Notes: generated from the sequence alone by a model not told the origin. 64,000 nucleotides of DNA from Candidatus Shapirobacteria bacterium (GCA_022837635.1 JALHFY010000001.1:96136-160135), one strand, 5' to 3'; shown: positions 9,042 to 18,423, counted from the first letter of the stretch. Numbers and translations: made by a program.

Positions 9042-9400
9042 AAAATAGAATTTTGATAAGGCATCCTAAAAATTGGGGTCTATCGGAACAAGAAGTAATT
9101 AAATATAGTTTGGAATGGCTGGATTTTTTTGGTTTCAAAACAGAGACGGAGTTAAGTTTGTATTTTGTGGGAGTGAAAAAAGCTAAAGAATTAAATCTTA
9201 AGTATCGGCAAAAAGATTATGTTCCCCAAGTGTTGGGGTTTCCTCTTAACAGAGAGATTGACAGTGATGGTTGGTTGAGATTGGGGGATATTGTCATTTG
9301 TACTCCAAAATTGAAATATGAAAGTAAATTTTTACAAAAAAAACAATCAGAAATTTTGTCAGCGTGGATTAAGCATGGTATAGAAAATCTTTTAAAATAA
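9038..9400 (+). CDS. ybeY: YbeY-like rRNA maturation factor with a degenerate metal-binding motif
   Basis: VLGFPLN...LGDIVICTP matches the YbeY core. The C-terminus reads KHGIENLLK, i.e. HxxxE, and the protein ends before the GYDH histidine instead of carrying HxxxHxxxxxH. Confidence 0.6.
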   Translation: MKNRILIRHPKNWGLSEQEVIKYSLEWLDFFGFKTETELSLYFVGVKKAKELNLKYRQKDYVPQVLGFPLNREIDSDGWLRLGDIVICTPKLKYESKFLQKKQSEILSAWIKHGIENLLK

Positions 9401-9411
9401 GCTAGAATGGG

Positions 9412-10857
9412 TTGATGGCTGTTTTTCATTTGAAATATCGACCGACCAAAACTACTGACCTGGATTTACCTGAAGTATCGGAAAAAATAAAAAAGTTAAT
9501 TAGTGAAAAAAGTAGTTTTCAAGCCTTGTTGTTGGCGGGACCCAAGGGTTCCGGCAAGACTTCGGCGGCGCGAATTTTAGCCAAGGCGGTGAATTGTTTG
9601 GATTTGGTCAAGGGAGAGGCTTGTGGAAAGTGTGTTAATTGTCGGGAAATAGAAAAAGGTAACAGTTTGGATATTATTGAAATTGATGCGGCTTCAAACC
9701 GAGGAATTGATGACGTTCGGGCCTTAAAAGAAAATGCTTATTTGGTGCCGGTAAGGCTTCAGAAAAAGGTGTTTATTATTGATGAAGTACATATGTTGAC
9801 CAAGGAGGCTTTTAATGCGCTTTTAAAGCTGATAGAAGAGCCGCCGGAGAGGACCTTGTTTGTATTGTGTACCACTGATCCACAAAAGATACCGGAAACA
9901 GTTTTATCCAGATTATTAAGAATTAATTTTAGAAAAGGGGGAGCGGAGGATTTGGAGAGATCTTTGGATAAAGTAATTAAAGGGGAAAAAATTGAAATTG
10001 AGGCAGGGGCTAAAAAAATAATTATTGATAATTCCGATGGTAGTTTTCGGAATCTGCAAAAGAGTTTTAATGAAATTGTGTTGGAATATGGAAAAAAGAT
10101 TAAGAAGTCTCAGGTGGAGGAATATTTTGCTAAAAATAAGGGAGAATATGAAGCAGAGGAGTTGGAAAAAGATATAGCTAAAGGTGAAACGCAAAAGATT
10201 ATTAATCGATTGGAAGAAATGGCCGCCAAGGGAATTGATTTTGGAGAGTTGCGTTTGAAATGGTTGAATTTTTTTCATCAAAAAATGTTGGCAAATTTAG
10301 ATGATGCGAGATTAAAAGAAATTGTAGAAAAATTGGTAATGGCGGGAGGATGGGAAAAAATTTCACCGATTGAACAATTACCATTGGAAATGGTGATGAT
10401 TGAAATAACCAATAACCAAATTCCAATTTCCAAACAAATTACAAATCACAAAAAACAAATTACAAAGGAGGAGCCCGTCTCCGCCCCGCCGCTGCGGGGC
10501 TCCGACGTGGTGAAAATAGAAGAAATTGAAAATAGGTGGGGGGAAATATTAGCGGCGGTTAAACCCTTTAATCATTCAGTGGAGGCCTTTTTGAGGGCGG
10601 CTAGGCCTCAGAAGATGAATAAGGAGGAGTTGGTGATTGAGGTATTTTATAAATTTCATAAAGATAAACTGGAAGAGGCCAAGCATCGACAAATAGTTGA
10701 GAAGGGTTTAGATAAGGTTTTTGGTGAAGGGATGAGTTTTAGATGTGTGTTGGCGGAGAAAAAACAAGAAACAAGAGACAAGAAATTAGAAACTAGAATA
10801 GAAGATAAAAAAGAAGAGAAGGCGATAGAGGATGTGGCTAAAGAAATCTTTGGTTAA
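9412..10857 (+). CDS. dnaX: DNA polymerase III subunit gamma/tau
   Basis: Walker A GPKGSGKTS, a zinc module CGKCVNCREIEKG, and EIDAASNRGIDDVR. dnaX-ybaB-recR synteny supports the call. Confidence 0.9.
   Translation: MMAVFHLKYRPTKTTDLDLPEVSEKIKKLISEKSSFQALLLAGPKGSGKTSAARILAKAVNCLDLVKGEACGKCVNCREIEKGNSLDIIEIDAASNRGIDDVRALKENAYLVPVRLQKKVFIIDEVHMLTKEAFNALLKLIEEPPERTLFVLCTTDPQKIPETVLSRLLRINFRKGGAEDLERSLDKVIKGEKIEIEAGAKKIIIDNSDGSFRNLQKSFNEIVLEYGKKIKKSQVEEYFAKNKGEYEAEELEKDIAKGETQKIINRLEEMAAKGIDFGELRLKWLNFFHQKMLANLDDARLKEIVEKLVMAGGWEKISPIEQLPLEMVMIEITNNQIPISKQITNHKKQITKEEPVSAPPLRGSDVVKIEEIENRWGEILAAVKPFNHSVEAFLRAARPQKMNKEELVIEVFYKFHKDKLEEAKHRQIVEKGLDKVFGEGMSFRCVLAEKKQETRDKKLETRIEDKKEEKAIEDVAKEIFG
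10402..10448 (+). repeat. Intragenic copy of a ~47-nt AT-rich repeat also found at 620-667
   Basis: GAAATAACCAATAACCAAAT..CAATTTCCAAACAAATTACAAATC is about 94% identical to the tsf-frr intergenic copy. Here it is in-frame inside dnaX. Confidence 0.7.
10467..10507 (+). repeat. GC-rich imperfect palindrome inside dnaX (GCCCCGC-CGCT-GCGGGGC core)
   Basis: A 40-nt GC-rich block in an AT-rich gene. It encodes the PVSAPPLRGSD linker. Confidence 0.6.
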
Positions 10858-10890
10858 TGGTAGAATTAAGAGTTAATAATTTTTATAAAT

Positions 10891-11142
10891 ATGTTTGATA
10901 AAGCAAAATTAATGGCTCAGGCTTTTAAGTTAAAAAAGGCTTTAGAATCGGAAATAACCGAGGTTGAAGATGGAGGAATTGTGATTAAAGTGTCTGGAGA
11001 TCAAAAGGTTAAATATCTGTCTATTAACGGGGAAGAAAATAAATTGTTGGTAGAAGTCATCAATAAAGCCATGAAAAAGTCTCAGGAAACGGCGGCTAAA
11101 AAAATGCAGGAAATGGGTGGCTTGGAAGGATTGATGAAATAA
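10891..11142 (+). CDS. ybaB: Nucleoid-associated protein YbaB/EbfC
   Basis: Family pattern (MAQAFKLKKALESEITEVEDGGIVIKVSGDQKV) and position between dnaX and recR. Confidence 0.85.
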   Translation: MFDKAKLMAQAFKLKKALESEITEVEDGGIVIKVSGDQKVKYLSINGEENKLLVEVINKAMKKSQETAAKKMQEMGGLEGLMK

Positions 11143-11147
11143 AAACT

Positions 11148-11759
11148 ATGAAAAAAATTCCGGTTGCTATGCAGGAGGTCATCGATAATTTCGAGAGACT
11201 GCCGGGGATTGGTCCGAAAAGTGCGCAAAGATTAGCTTTTTATCTATTATCAGTGCCGGAGGCGGTAACTGATAATATGGGAGAGGCGATTAAAAATCTG
11301 AAAAAGAGGATAAAAATTTGTCGAGAATGTTTTGGAGTCGGAGAGGAGGATTTGTGTGAGATTTGTAGTGACAGCAGTCGAGACAGGAAAATAATATGTG
11401 TGGTTGAGAGGGCTGATGAGGTGATGGCGATTGAGGCGGTGGGAAATTTTAAGGGTGTATATCATGTATTAGGAGGGGTGATTAATCCCTTGGAACATAT
11501 TGGTCCGGAGGATTTGAAAATTAAGGAATTAATGAAGAGAATAGAGATGGGTGGTGTGGAAGAGGTGATTTTGGCGACTAATCCGACCATTGAAGGAGAG
11601 GGGACGGCACTTTATATTAAGAAAAAGTTAGAAGAGGGTGATTTTAAGGGAAAAATTAGTCGAATAGGTAGTGGTTTACCAATGGGAGCTGAATTGGGTT
11701 TTGCGGATCAGGTGACATTGAGTCGGGCTTTTGAAGGTAGAAGGGAGATGAATGTATAA
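11148..11759 (+). CDS. recR: Recombination protein RecR
   Basis: LPGIGPKSAQRLAFYLL helix-hairpin-helix, a C4 zinc finger (CRECFGV...CEICSD) and a Toprim region. Confidence 0.9.
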   Translation: MKKIPVAMQEVIDNFERLPGIGPKSAQRLAFYLLSVPEAVTDNMGEAIKNLKKRIKICRECFGVGEEDLCEICSDSSRDRKIICVVERADEVMAIEAVGNFKGVYHVLGGVINPLEHIGPEDLKIKELMKRIEMGGVEEVILATNPTIEGEGTALYIKKKLEEGDFKGKISRIGSGLPMGAELGFADQVTLSRAFEGRREMNV

Positions 11760-12258
11760 TAAAAATATGATGAAAAAATTGGTAGTGTTGATATTGATAG
11801 TAATTTTGTGGGGAGGCGGATTTTATTTTTTTAAGCAAAAAGAAATTAAAAAAGAAGAAGTATGGTTAAATAATAAGGAGCAGATAAGTCCGACACAGGT
11901 GAGTAAGAAGGGGACTGTAGAGGGAAAGATATGTTATCCTTCGAGTTTTATTCCTGATGGACAAATTTTGGCTAAAAATGTGCAAACAAAGGAAATTTTT
12001 TCCCAGGTTTTTAAGATGGAAGGTAACAACCAAGAGTTTGAGATGGAGTTGGTTGAGGGTAAATATGTCTTTGCTTATAAACCGGATGAGGCAGGGGGAA
12101 TGATGGGTTTTTATAGTCCTTGTGCGGTGGAAATGGAAACTTGTGCGACTGATGAGTCCCATGAATTGATAGAAGTGGAAGTTAAAGCTGGGGAGAGACT
12201 TAAAAATATAGATATTTGTGATTATTATTATGAGACTGAAAAAGAGCGGTGGGATTAA
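11752..12258 (+). CDS. Hypothetical membrane-anchored protein
   Basis: N-terminal TM helix (LVVLILIVILWGGGFYFF). No recognisable domain. Confidence 0.35.
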   Translation: MYNKNMMKKLVVLILIVILWGGGFYFFKQKEIKKEEVWLNNKEQISPTQVSKKGTVEGKICYPSSFIPDGQILAKNVQTKEIFSQVFKMEGNNQEFEMELVEGKYVFAYKPDEAGGMMGFYSPCAVEMETCATDESHELIEVEVKAGERLKNIDICDYYYETEKERWD

Positions 12259-12267
12259 GATAGATTT

Positions 12268-12768
12268 ATGGCAGACCAGAGTATCTTAAAACAAGTAGTT
12301 AAAGGGATTGGAGAAATTGGAGAAAAAACGGTAGAAACTGGAGTTAAGGAAGGAGTGAATATAACTCAGAGTGTTATTTCCGGGCAGGAATTATTAAAAG
12401 GGGTTAAAAAATTGGATGAAAGAGAAGAACAACAATTGAAAGATGAAGAAAAGATAAAAAAAGAAGAGGAAATGAATCGCCTACGTGAAACTTCGGCGTA
12501 TCCAGGGAGAGATGTGGAGGGAGAAATTAAAGAGATTCGGGATAAAAAAACAGCCGAAGAGGAGGAGGAACAGAAGCAGTTTTTAGAACAAATAAGATTA
12601 CAAAGAGAGGCGGAAGCACAAGAAAGAGAGGAATTACTAGAAGCTCCGGGTAATGCTAAAAGAGAGGCGGCAAAAACTCAATTTGCGCCGGGAAAAAGGA
12701 AAAAACAGGCGCCGGATGCTGCACAAATGTCACAGACGAGTGAGTTTAAAGGTGGTAAAATAGACTAG
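12268..12768 (+). CDS. Hypothetical charged, low-complexity protein
   Basis: E/K-rich coiled-coil-like composition. No recognisable domain. Confidence 0.3.
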   Translation: MADQSILKQVVKGIGEIGEKTVETGVKEGVNITQSVISGQELLKGVKKLDEREEQQLKDEEKIKKEEEMNRLRETSAYPGRDVEGEIKEIRDKKTAEEEEEQKQFLEQIRLQREAEAQEREELLEAPGNAKREAAKTQFAPGKRKKQAPDAAQMSQTSEFKGGKID

Positions 12769-12770
12769 AA

Positions 12771-14135
12771 ATGAAAGTTTACAATACCTTGACACGAAAA
12801 AAGGAAGAATTGAAAACCATCAAGAAAAATGAAGTGGGGATTTATTCTTGCGGACCGACAGTATATTGGAATCAACATATTGGTCATATGTATGCTTATG
12901 TGCAATGGGATACTTTGGTGAGATTATTGCGTTATTTGGGTAATAAAGTGACTTGGGTGATGAATATTACTGATGTGGGGCATATGACTTCAGACGAGGA
13001 TGCAGGTGAAGATAAGATGGAAAAAGGGGCTAAGAGAGAAGGATTGAGTGTTTGGGAAGTAGCTAAAAAATATGAAAAGCAGTTTTTGGAAAGTTTAAGA
13101 TTGTTAAATATTTCTACACCTGACGTGTTATGTCGGGCGACAGAACATATTGAGGAGCAGGTTAATTTAGCTAAAAAAATAGAAGCAAGAGGTTTTACTT
13201 ATCAAACTAAAACAGGTTTGGTGTATGATACTTCCAAGTTTCCTGAATATGCCAATTTTGCTAACTTGAAATTAACGGAAATGGAGGCGGGAGCCAGAGT
13301 GGAAGTAGATGAAGAAAAGAAAAAACCCTGGGATTTTTTGTTGTGGGTGACTAATCAACCTAATCATGTGATGAAATGGCCCAGTCCTTGGGGAGAAGGT
13401 TTTCCCGGCTGGCATTTGGAGTGTACGGCGATGTCAACGCGATATTTGGGAAATAAATTTGATATCCATACCGGTGGCAAAGAACATATTGGAGTGCATC
13501 ATACCAATGAGATAGCTCAAGGATACGGGGCTTTTGGTCATCAGACGGCTAATTATTGGTTGCATAATGGTTGGCTGACTTTTGAAGGGGCAAAAATGTC
13601 AAAAAGTTTGGGTAATGTAGTACTAGCAACTGATCTTAAAGAAAAAGGTTTTGATCCATTAGCTTTGAGATATTTAATTTTAAGTTCTAATTATAAACAG
13701 GGTTTGGATTTTAACTTTAGAAATTTGTCGGTGGCAGCGGAGGCTTTAGCTAAATTAAAGGCAGCGGCTGGGGTGCCTGGAGAAGGTAAGGTGATTGAAT
13801 CGGTAAAAAAGGAGTTTTTAGAAAAAATGGAAGATGATTTGTCCACACCTGAGGCGATAGCAGTGATTTGGAAAATGATCAAAGGAGAGTATAAAAAGGA
13901 GGATATCAAGGCAACTCTGTTAGAACTAGATAAGATCTTAGGGTTGAAATTGGCAGAAAAAGAAGAAGTCAGGGTACCGGAAACAGTGATAAAACTGGTT
14001 GAAGAGAGAAATAAGGCCAAGAAAGAGAAAAATTGGGTAGAGGCGGATAGACTAAGAGAGGAGATTAAGAAAAAGGGATATTTAGTGGAAGATACGAAAG
14101 ATGATTGTAAAATTAAAAAAATCATGTTAAGCTAA
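12771..14135 (+). CDS. cysS: Cysteinyl-tRNA synthetase
   Basis: Class I HIGH-type motif (NQHIGHM), KMSKS motif (KMSKSLGN), and a zinc-binding Cys near the N-terminus (YSCGPTVY). Confidence 0.9.
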   Translation: MKVYNTLTRKKEELKTIKKNEVGIYSCGPTVYWNQHIGHMYAYVQWDTLVRLLRYLGNKVTWVMNITDVGHMTSDEDAGEDKMEKGAKREGLSVWEVAKKYEKQFLESLRLLNISTPDVLCRATEHIEEQVNLAKKIEARGFTYQTKTGLVYDTSKFPEYANFANLKLTEMEAGARVEVDEEKKKPWDFLLWVTNQPNHVMKWPSPWGEGFPGWHLECTAMSTRYLGNKFDIHTGGKEHIGVHHTNEIAQGYGAFGHQTANYWLHNGWLTFEGAKMSKSLGNVVLATDLKEKGFDPLALRYLILSSNYKQGLDFNFRNLSVAAEALAKLKAAAGVPGEGKVIESVKKEFLEKMEDDLSTPEAIAVIWKMIKGEYKKEDIKATLLELDKILGLKLAEKEEVRVPETVIKLVEERNKAKKEKNWVEADRLREEIKKKGYLVEDTKDDCKIKKIMLS

Positions 14136-14141
14136 ACTTCG

Positions 14142-14441
14142 ATGAAAGACAGTCTAAATTACCGTTACGAGGTGGTGGTGGTGCTTAACCCCAAAGCCGA
14201 GTTAAAGGAAAAAGAAAAAAGCCTTAAGCTAATTGAAGAAGAGATTGGCAAGTTGGGTTATGAATTGGAGAAAAGAGAAGACTTGGGGACCAAAACTTTG
14301 GCTTATGAGATAGCCGGTAGCCAGAAAGGGGATTTTTGGGTATTTACGATTGGTGGTCGGGAAGCTATCAAGTCTAAAGATTTCACTTTGTTCTTAAATC
14401 GAGAAAAAAATATTATCCGTTATTTAATTTTAAAAATTTAA
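14142..14441 (+). CDS. rpsF: 30S ribosomal protein S6
   Basis: YEVVVVLNPKAELKEKEKSLKLIEEEIGKLGYEL is typical of S6. rpsF-ssb-rpsR operon. Confidence 0.85.
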   Translation: MKDSLNYRYEVVVVLNPKAELKEKEKSLKLIEEEIGKLGYELEKREDLGTKTLAYEIAGSQKGDFWVFTIGGREAIKSKDFTLFLNREKNIIRYLILKI

Positions 14442-14458
14442 AGTAAGAAAGGAGAAAA

Positions 14459-15043
14459 ATGCCTAGTCGCTGTCTTAATAAAGTTATATTAATTGGTAAC
14501 CTAACCCGTGATCCGGAGTTAAGGTACACCCCAGGAGGAATGGCTGTAGTTTCTTTTGGAGTAGCCACCAACAGAGTTTGGGTGACGAAACAAGGTGAAA
14601 AGAAAGAAGATGCTCAATTTCATCGGATTGTAGCGTGGAATAAATTGGCTGAACTTTGTTCTCAATTATTATCTAAAGGTCGCCGGGTTTATGTAGAGGG
14701 TCGAATTCAATATAGAGATATTACCGATTCAGCCGGAGTGCAAAAACAAATATCGGAGATTGTAATTGAGGATATGATTGTTTTGGATAATAAAGGTTCA
14801 GGAAATTATGCTCCCAAAGAGGAAGAGGAAGCTAATTTAGAGTTAAATAACGGGGCAATTGAGGATATTGTTATTCCTGATGATATTGGTTTGGAGACAG
14901 AGACCACTGAGACAGATATTGCGGAGACATCTGCAACCGAGACTCCTGTGGCAGAAGAAACTCCGGTGACTCAGGAAGAAAGTCCGGCTGTTGAAGAAGC
15001 ACCGGTAGTTGAGGAAACTCCAACTCAGGAAGAAAATCAATAA
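14459..15043 (+). CDS. ssb: Single-stranded DNA-binding protein
   Basis: OB-fold N-terminus (LNKVILIGNLTRDPELRYTPGGMAVVSFGVATNR) and an acidic C-terminal tail. Confidence 0.85.
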   Translation: MPSRCLNKVILIGNLTRDPELRYTPGGMAVVSFGVATNRVWVTKQGEKKEDAQFHRIVAWNKLAELCSQLLSKGRRVYVEGRIQYRDITDSAGVQKQISEIVIEDMIVLDNKGSGNYAPKEEEEANLELNNGAIEDIVIPDDIGLETETTETDIAETSATETPVAEETPVTQEESPAVEEAPVVEETPTQEENQ

Positions 15044-15048
15044 AAAAT

Positions 15049-15303
15049 ATGAAAAAAGGACGTAAAGATAGAAATAGACTAGTTAGACTCAAAGGTCGAG
15101 GGACTGATTGTGCCTTTTGTAAGGCCAAGAAGTCGCCTAATTGGCGTGATTATGAAAAACTGAGTGAATTTTTATCAACCAGAAAGAGAATTTTATCGGC
15201 GCAAAACACGGGGGTGTGTATGAAGCATCAACGGGAAATGGCTAGAGTCATCAAAGAGGCTAGAGAATTAGCTTTGTTGCCTTATACCGCTTCAACAGAG
15301 TAA
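15049..15303 (+). CDS. rpsR: 30S ribosomal protein S18
   Basis: CAFCKAKKSPNWRDYEKLSEFLSTRKRIL is typical of S18. Confidence 0.9.
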   Translation: MKKGRKDRNRLVRLKGRGTDCAFCKAKKSPNWRDYEKLSEFLSTRKRILSAQNTGVCMKHQREMARVIKEARELALLPYTASTE

Positions 15304-15313
15304 AATGGTATAG

Positions 15314-15529
15314 ATGAAGCAGAAAATCAAGCTAGTAGTAGCTTTGCGAGAGCTTAATATGGACTCAAAAGGAGGAGTAATTAAGACTTGGACTTTGGAT
15401 GAAGTATTGTTGACCAAGGCGGAGGTGATTGGAGTTAAGAAGATTATTTGTGTAGAAGATTTAAGTGGTCGAGATGGGGAGGTGGAAGTTAAGAAAATAA
15501 GTGAAAGTGAATGGAAAAAATTAAGGTAG
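15314..15529 (+). CDS. Hypothetical small protein
   Basis: ORF only. Sits where rplI (L9) usually lies but does not resemble L9. Confidence 0.3.
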   Translation: MKQKIKLVVALRELNMDSKGGVIKTWTLDEVLLTKAEVIGVKKIICVEDLSGRDGEVEVKKISESEWKKLR

Positions 15530-15538
15530 AATAGAAAC

Positions 15539-16762
15539 ATGGGTAAAGCTTTAAGAAATACCAGTGTAGTCTTGGCTCTAATGGCGCTAAGCGCTTTGAT
15601 TGCTTTTAGAGCAGGTAGAATTAGTCAACAAAAAGTATTAGGAACAGGAATTGAGGAAAAATTGGATTTAAGTTTAATGTCTAAGGTACGGGCAAAATTG
15701 GAAGAGAGTTTTTTGGAAAAGACAAAAATTAATGATAAGGAAATGAGCTATGGAGCTATTGAAGGCATGGTAGCAGCTTTAGATGATCCTTATACTGTTT
15801 TTTTACCACCGAAAGAAAATAAAAGCAGTAATGATGATTTAGCAGGGGAATTTGGAGGGGTGGGGATTCAGTTGGGTTATAAAGAAGAGACTTTGGCAGT
15901 GGTGGCACCATTAGCTAAGACTCCGGCAGAAAAGGCGGGAATAGAAGCAGGGGATTTGATTTTGAAGATTGTAGATAAAGAGAATAATGTCAACAAGGAT
16001 ACAGTTGGTATCAGCCTAAATGAAGCGATGACATTGATTCGAGGTAAGGTTGGTAGCGAGGTGATTTTGACTCTTTATAGAGAAGGAAAAGCAGAAACAT
16101 TTGATGTAACTTTAACTAGAGACACAATTGTGGTGGCCAGTACTGAGTGGGAATGGGTAGAATTTGAGGGTAAGCAAGTGGCTTGGGTCAGATTGTATAA
16201 ATTTAGTGAACAAACGTTCAAAGATTGGCCTGAGGTAGTGAATAAAATAAATGAAGAAAAAGTTAAATTTGGGGCGAAATATGGAGGAATTGTGTTGGAT
16301 TTGAGGAATAATCCGGGCGGTTATTTAGATGCCAGTGTATTGGTGGCCTCTGATTTTTTGGAAAAAGGAGTGGTGGTGACTCAAGAGAGCAGTAATGGTA
16401 GAAAGGAGAATTACGAAGTAGATATAAAGAGAAGAAACTTGTTAAAGGATAAATTGGTGGTATTGATTAATGCTGGTTCGGCTTCGGCGGCAGAAATTTT
16501 GGCAGGATCTTTGCGGGATCATAGTCGGGCGAAATTGGTAGGGGATAAAAGTTTTGGCAAGGGAACGGTTCAGGAGCCAATAGATTTTGTTGATGGTTCA
16601 GGTTTGCATGTAACTGTGGCCAAATGGTTGTTGCCTTCGGGGAAAAATATTCATCATGATGGGGTGAAACCTGATGTAGAGATTAAATATGAAGCTGAAA
16701 AAGAAGAAGTAAAGATTGATAATCAGTTGAAAAAGGCCTTAGAGGTGTTACTCGGAGTCTAA
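15539..16762 (+). CDS. ctpA: Carboxyl-terminal processing protease (S41 family)
   Basis: N-terminal TM, PDZ region, and S41 catalytic region ([27 protein letters not shown]). Confidence 0.85.
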   Translation: MGKALRNTSVVLALMALSALIAFRAGRISQQKVLGTGIEEKLDLSLMSKVRAKLEESFLEKTKINDKEMSYGAIEGMVAALDDPYTVFLPPKENKSSNDDLAGEFGGVGIQLGYKEETLAVVAPLAKTPAEKAGIEAGDLILKIVDKENNVNKDTVGISLNEAMTLIRGKVGSEVILTLYREGKAETFDVTLTRDTIVVASTEWEWVEFEGKQVAWVRLYKFSEQTFKDWPEVVNKINEEKVKFGAKYGGIVLDLRNNPGGYLDASVLVASDFLEKGVVVTQESSNGRKENYEVDIKRRNLLKDKLVVLINAGSASAAEILAGSLRDHSRAKLVGDKSFGKGTVQEPIDFVDGSGLHVTVAKWLLPSGKNIHHDGVKPDVEIKYEAEKEEVKIDNQLKKALEVLLGV

Positions 16763-17455
16763 AACACTTAGTTCCAAGAGAAGATCACTCATATCACCGT
16801 CTAGAATCTTTTGCAGAGGAAAGTCTTTATCAATGCGATGGTCCTTGACTTGATTGCGGGGATAATTATAGGAGCGAATTTTATCAGCACGCATAGCCAA
16901 ACCGACTTTTTCGCGAGTGGTACCTAGTTTCTGAATGCGTTTATCTTCTTCCAATTGCCATAATTTACCCCGTAACAGGTCCATGGCAATAGCCCGATTT
17001 TGCTCTTGAGAGCGTTCCTGACGAACGGAAAAGGTGAGACCGGTGGGTTTGTGAAGAATACGAACGGCGGTTGACACTTTATTAACGTTTTGGCCACCAT
17101 GACCACCAGCACGAGAGGCGGTCATTTCGATATCGTCGGGATTAATAACAACGTCTTGAGCGGTAACTTGGGGATAAACAGCAATAGCAGCGGTAGAGGT
17201 TTGGAGACGACCACGTTTTTCAGTAGCAGGGATTCTTTGGACTCGATGAGTGCCGGTTTCCCATTTAAGTTGAGGAAAGGCATCGATACCTGAGACTTGC
17301 AAGATATTACTGTCAAGATACTTAACTTTCCAGCCGACTTTTTCGGCATAGCGAATGTACATACGCATGAGGTCTTCAAGCCAAAGTTCAGCTTCTTGAC
17401 CACCAGGGCCGACACGGAATTCTAAAATAGCAATGTTAGGATTAATAGCAGGCAT
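16748..17455 (-). CDS. prfA: Peptide chain release factor 1-type protein lacking N-terminal domain 1
   Basis: GGQ motif ([13 protein letters not shown]). PAT tripeptide ([18 protein letters not shown]) identifies RF1 rather than RF2. Begins at the equivalent of E. coli RF1 residue ~107 ([15 protein letters not shown]). Only 9 nt separate its start from rpmE. Confidence 0.8.
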   Translation of the reverse strand: MPAINPNIAILEFRVGPGGQEAELWLEDLMRMYIRYAEKVGWKVKYLDSNILQVSGIDAFPQLKWETGTHRVQRIPATEKRGRLQTSTAAIAVYPQVTAQDVVINPDDIEMTASRAGGHGGQNVNKVSTAVRILHKPTGLTFSVRQERSQEQNRAIAMDLLRGKLWQLEEDKRIQKLGTTREKVGLAMRADKIRSYNYPRNQVKDHRIDKDFPLQKILDGDMSDLLLELSVLDSE

Positions 17456-17464
17456 AGAAAGAAG

Positions 17465-17710
17465 CTATTTTTTGCTTTTTTTAGCCTTTTTGGCTTCTTT
17501 GTAAGCAGTACCTTTAGCTTCTTTTTCTTTGAATTTTTCAATTCTACCCTTGGTATCGACAAATTTTTGTTGCCCAGTAAAGAAGGGATGACATTGACTG
17601 CAGACTTCAACTTCAATTTTTTCCAAAGTGGAACCGGTGGTAAATTTATTACCACAGGCACAGGTGACCTGACAGTTAGAGTAATATGTAGGATGAATCG
17701 CTGATTTCAT
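17465..17710 (-). CDS. rpmE: 50S ribosomal protein L31
   Basis: [28 protein letters not shown] is an L31 zinc-ribbon type. Confidence 0.9.
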   Translation of the reverse strand: MKSAIHPTYYSNCQVTCACGNKFTTGSTLEKIEVEVCSQCHPFFTGQQKFVDTKGRIEKFKEKEAKGTAYKEAKKAKKSKK

Positions 17711-17759
17711 AGCCAGTTATTATAACAGAAGTGGTGAAAATTGAATAGTCAGATATATT

Positions 17760-17795
17760 ATTGACAATAACTAAATTATGTATTAGAATTAAATT
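17760..17795 (+). promoter_or_regulatory. Sigma-70-like promoter (TTGACA-17nt-TAGAAT) with two TAAATTATGTAT direct repeats
   Basis: TTGACAATAACTAAATTATGTATTAGAAT read directly from the sequence. The direct repeats overlap the -10 element, as expected for an autoregulated toxin-antitoxin operator. Confidence 0.55.
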
Positions 17796-18035
17796 ATGTA
17801 TACAGTATCCATTTCCAGTCGAGGTTTAATGTATCTACCTTTGGCTTTACAAAAGGAACTTAATATTGAAAAAGAGTCTAAGGTTAGGTTAAAAGTGGTA
17901 GGTAAAGGTAAATTACAGGTGAGTCCTTTACAAGATATTTTTTCAATGGCAGGTAGTCTAAAATCGCCTAAAAACGAAGAATTTGATTTAAGTAAGTGGA
18001 GACAAGAACAAGAAAAAGAATATGCCAGGTTATAA
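17796..18035 (+). CDS. AbrB/MazE/SpoVT-type antitoxin (VapB-like)
   Basis: Small protein with swapped-hairpin-like N-terminus (VSISSRGLMYLPLALQKELNIEKESKVRLKV). Overlaps the downstream PIN gene by 14 nt. Confidence 0.6.
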   Translation: MYTVSISSRGLMYLPLALQKELNIEKESKVRLKVVGKGKLQVSPLQDIFSMAGSLKSPKNEEFDLSKWRQEQEKEYARL

Positions 18036-18423
18036 GTATATAGATACTAATGTTTTGATTAGGGTTGGGGAAGGGAAGGAAGAATATATAAAGTGGTTAC
18101 AGGCTAAGGAAGAAAAAGATGAAAAAATGATGGTGGCTTCGATAGTAATGGCGGAGGTAATTTGGGTACTAAAGAGTTTTTATAAGAAAAATAGGGAAGA
18201 AATAAATCAGTTTATGGACAGTATTGTGGCAACTCGTTGTCTGCAGTTGAGAAGTAAGCATGATATTAAAAAAGCCTTGGAATTATATAAAAAGAGTGGA
18301 ATTAAATTTACAGACTGCTTAATTGCTAGTTACATGAAAGCGGAGGATGTGATCTATAGTGATGACTTGGATTTTGAGAAATTGGGGGTTAAGAGACGAG
18401 AGATAAGAGCTGATCAGGACTAA
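18022..18423 (+). CDS. vapC: PIN-domain toxin (VapC-like)
   Basis: PIN acidic residues: IDTNVLI (N-terminal Asp), FTDCLIA and YSDDLDF. Confidence 0.75.
   Translation: MPGYKYIDTNVLIRVGEGKEEYIKWLQAKEEKDEKMMVASIVMAEVIWVLKSFYKKNREEINQFMDSIVATRCLQLRSKHDIKKALELYKKSGIKFTDCLIASYMKAEDVIYSDDLDFEKLGVKRREIRADQD

Noticed and set aside
9916-10426. Antisense ORFs inside dnaX (9916-10281, 10202-10426)
   Set aside because: Overlap a confidently identified dnaX. No start context or motifs.
10430-10510. Programmed -1 ribosomal frameshift site in dnaX (A-run plus downstream GC hairpin)
   Set aside because: The A6 run is not in X_XXY_YYZ phase with the zero frame. The -1 frame continues about 24 codons, unlike known gamma-producing sites. 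The same AT-rich segment is a dispersed repeat (copy at 620-667), which favours a repeat-insertion explanation. Kept only as a low-probability note inside the dnaX finding.
13691-14125. 144-aa antisense ORF within cysS
   Set aside because: Ser/Phe/Leu-rich shadow frame of a confidently called aminoacyl-tRNA synthetase gene.
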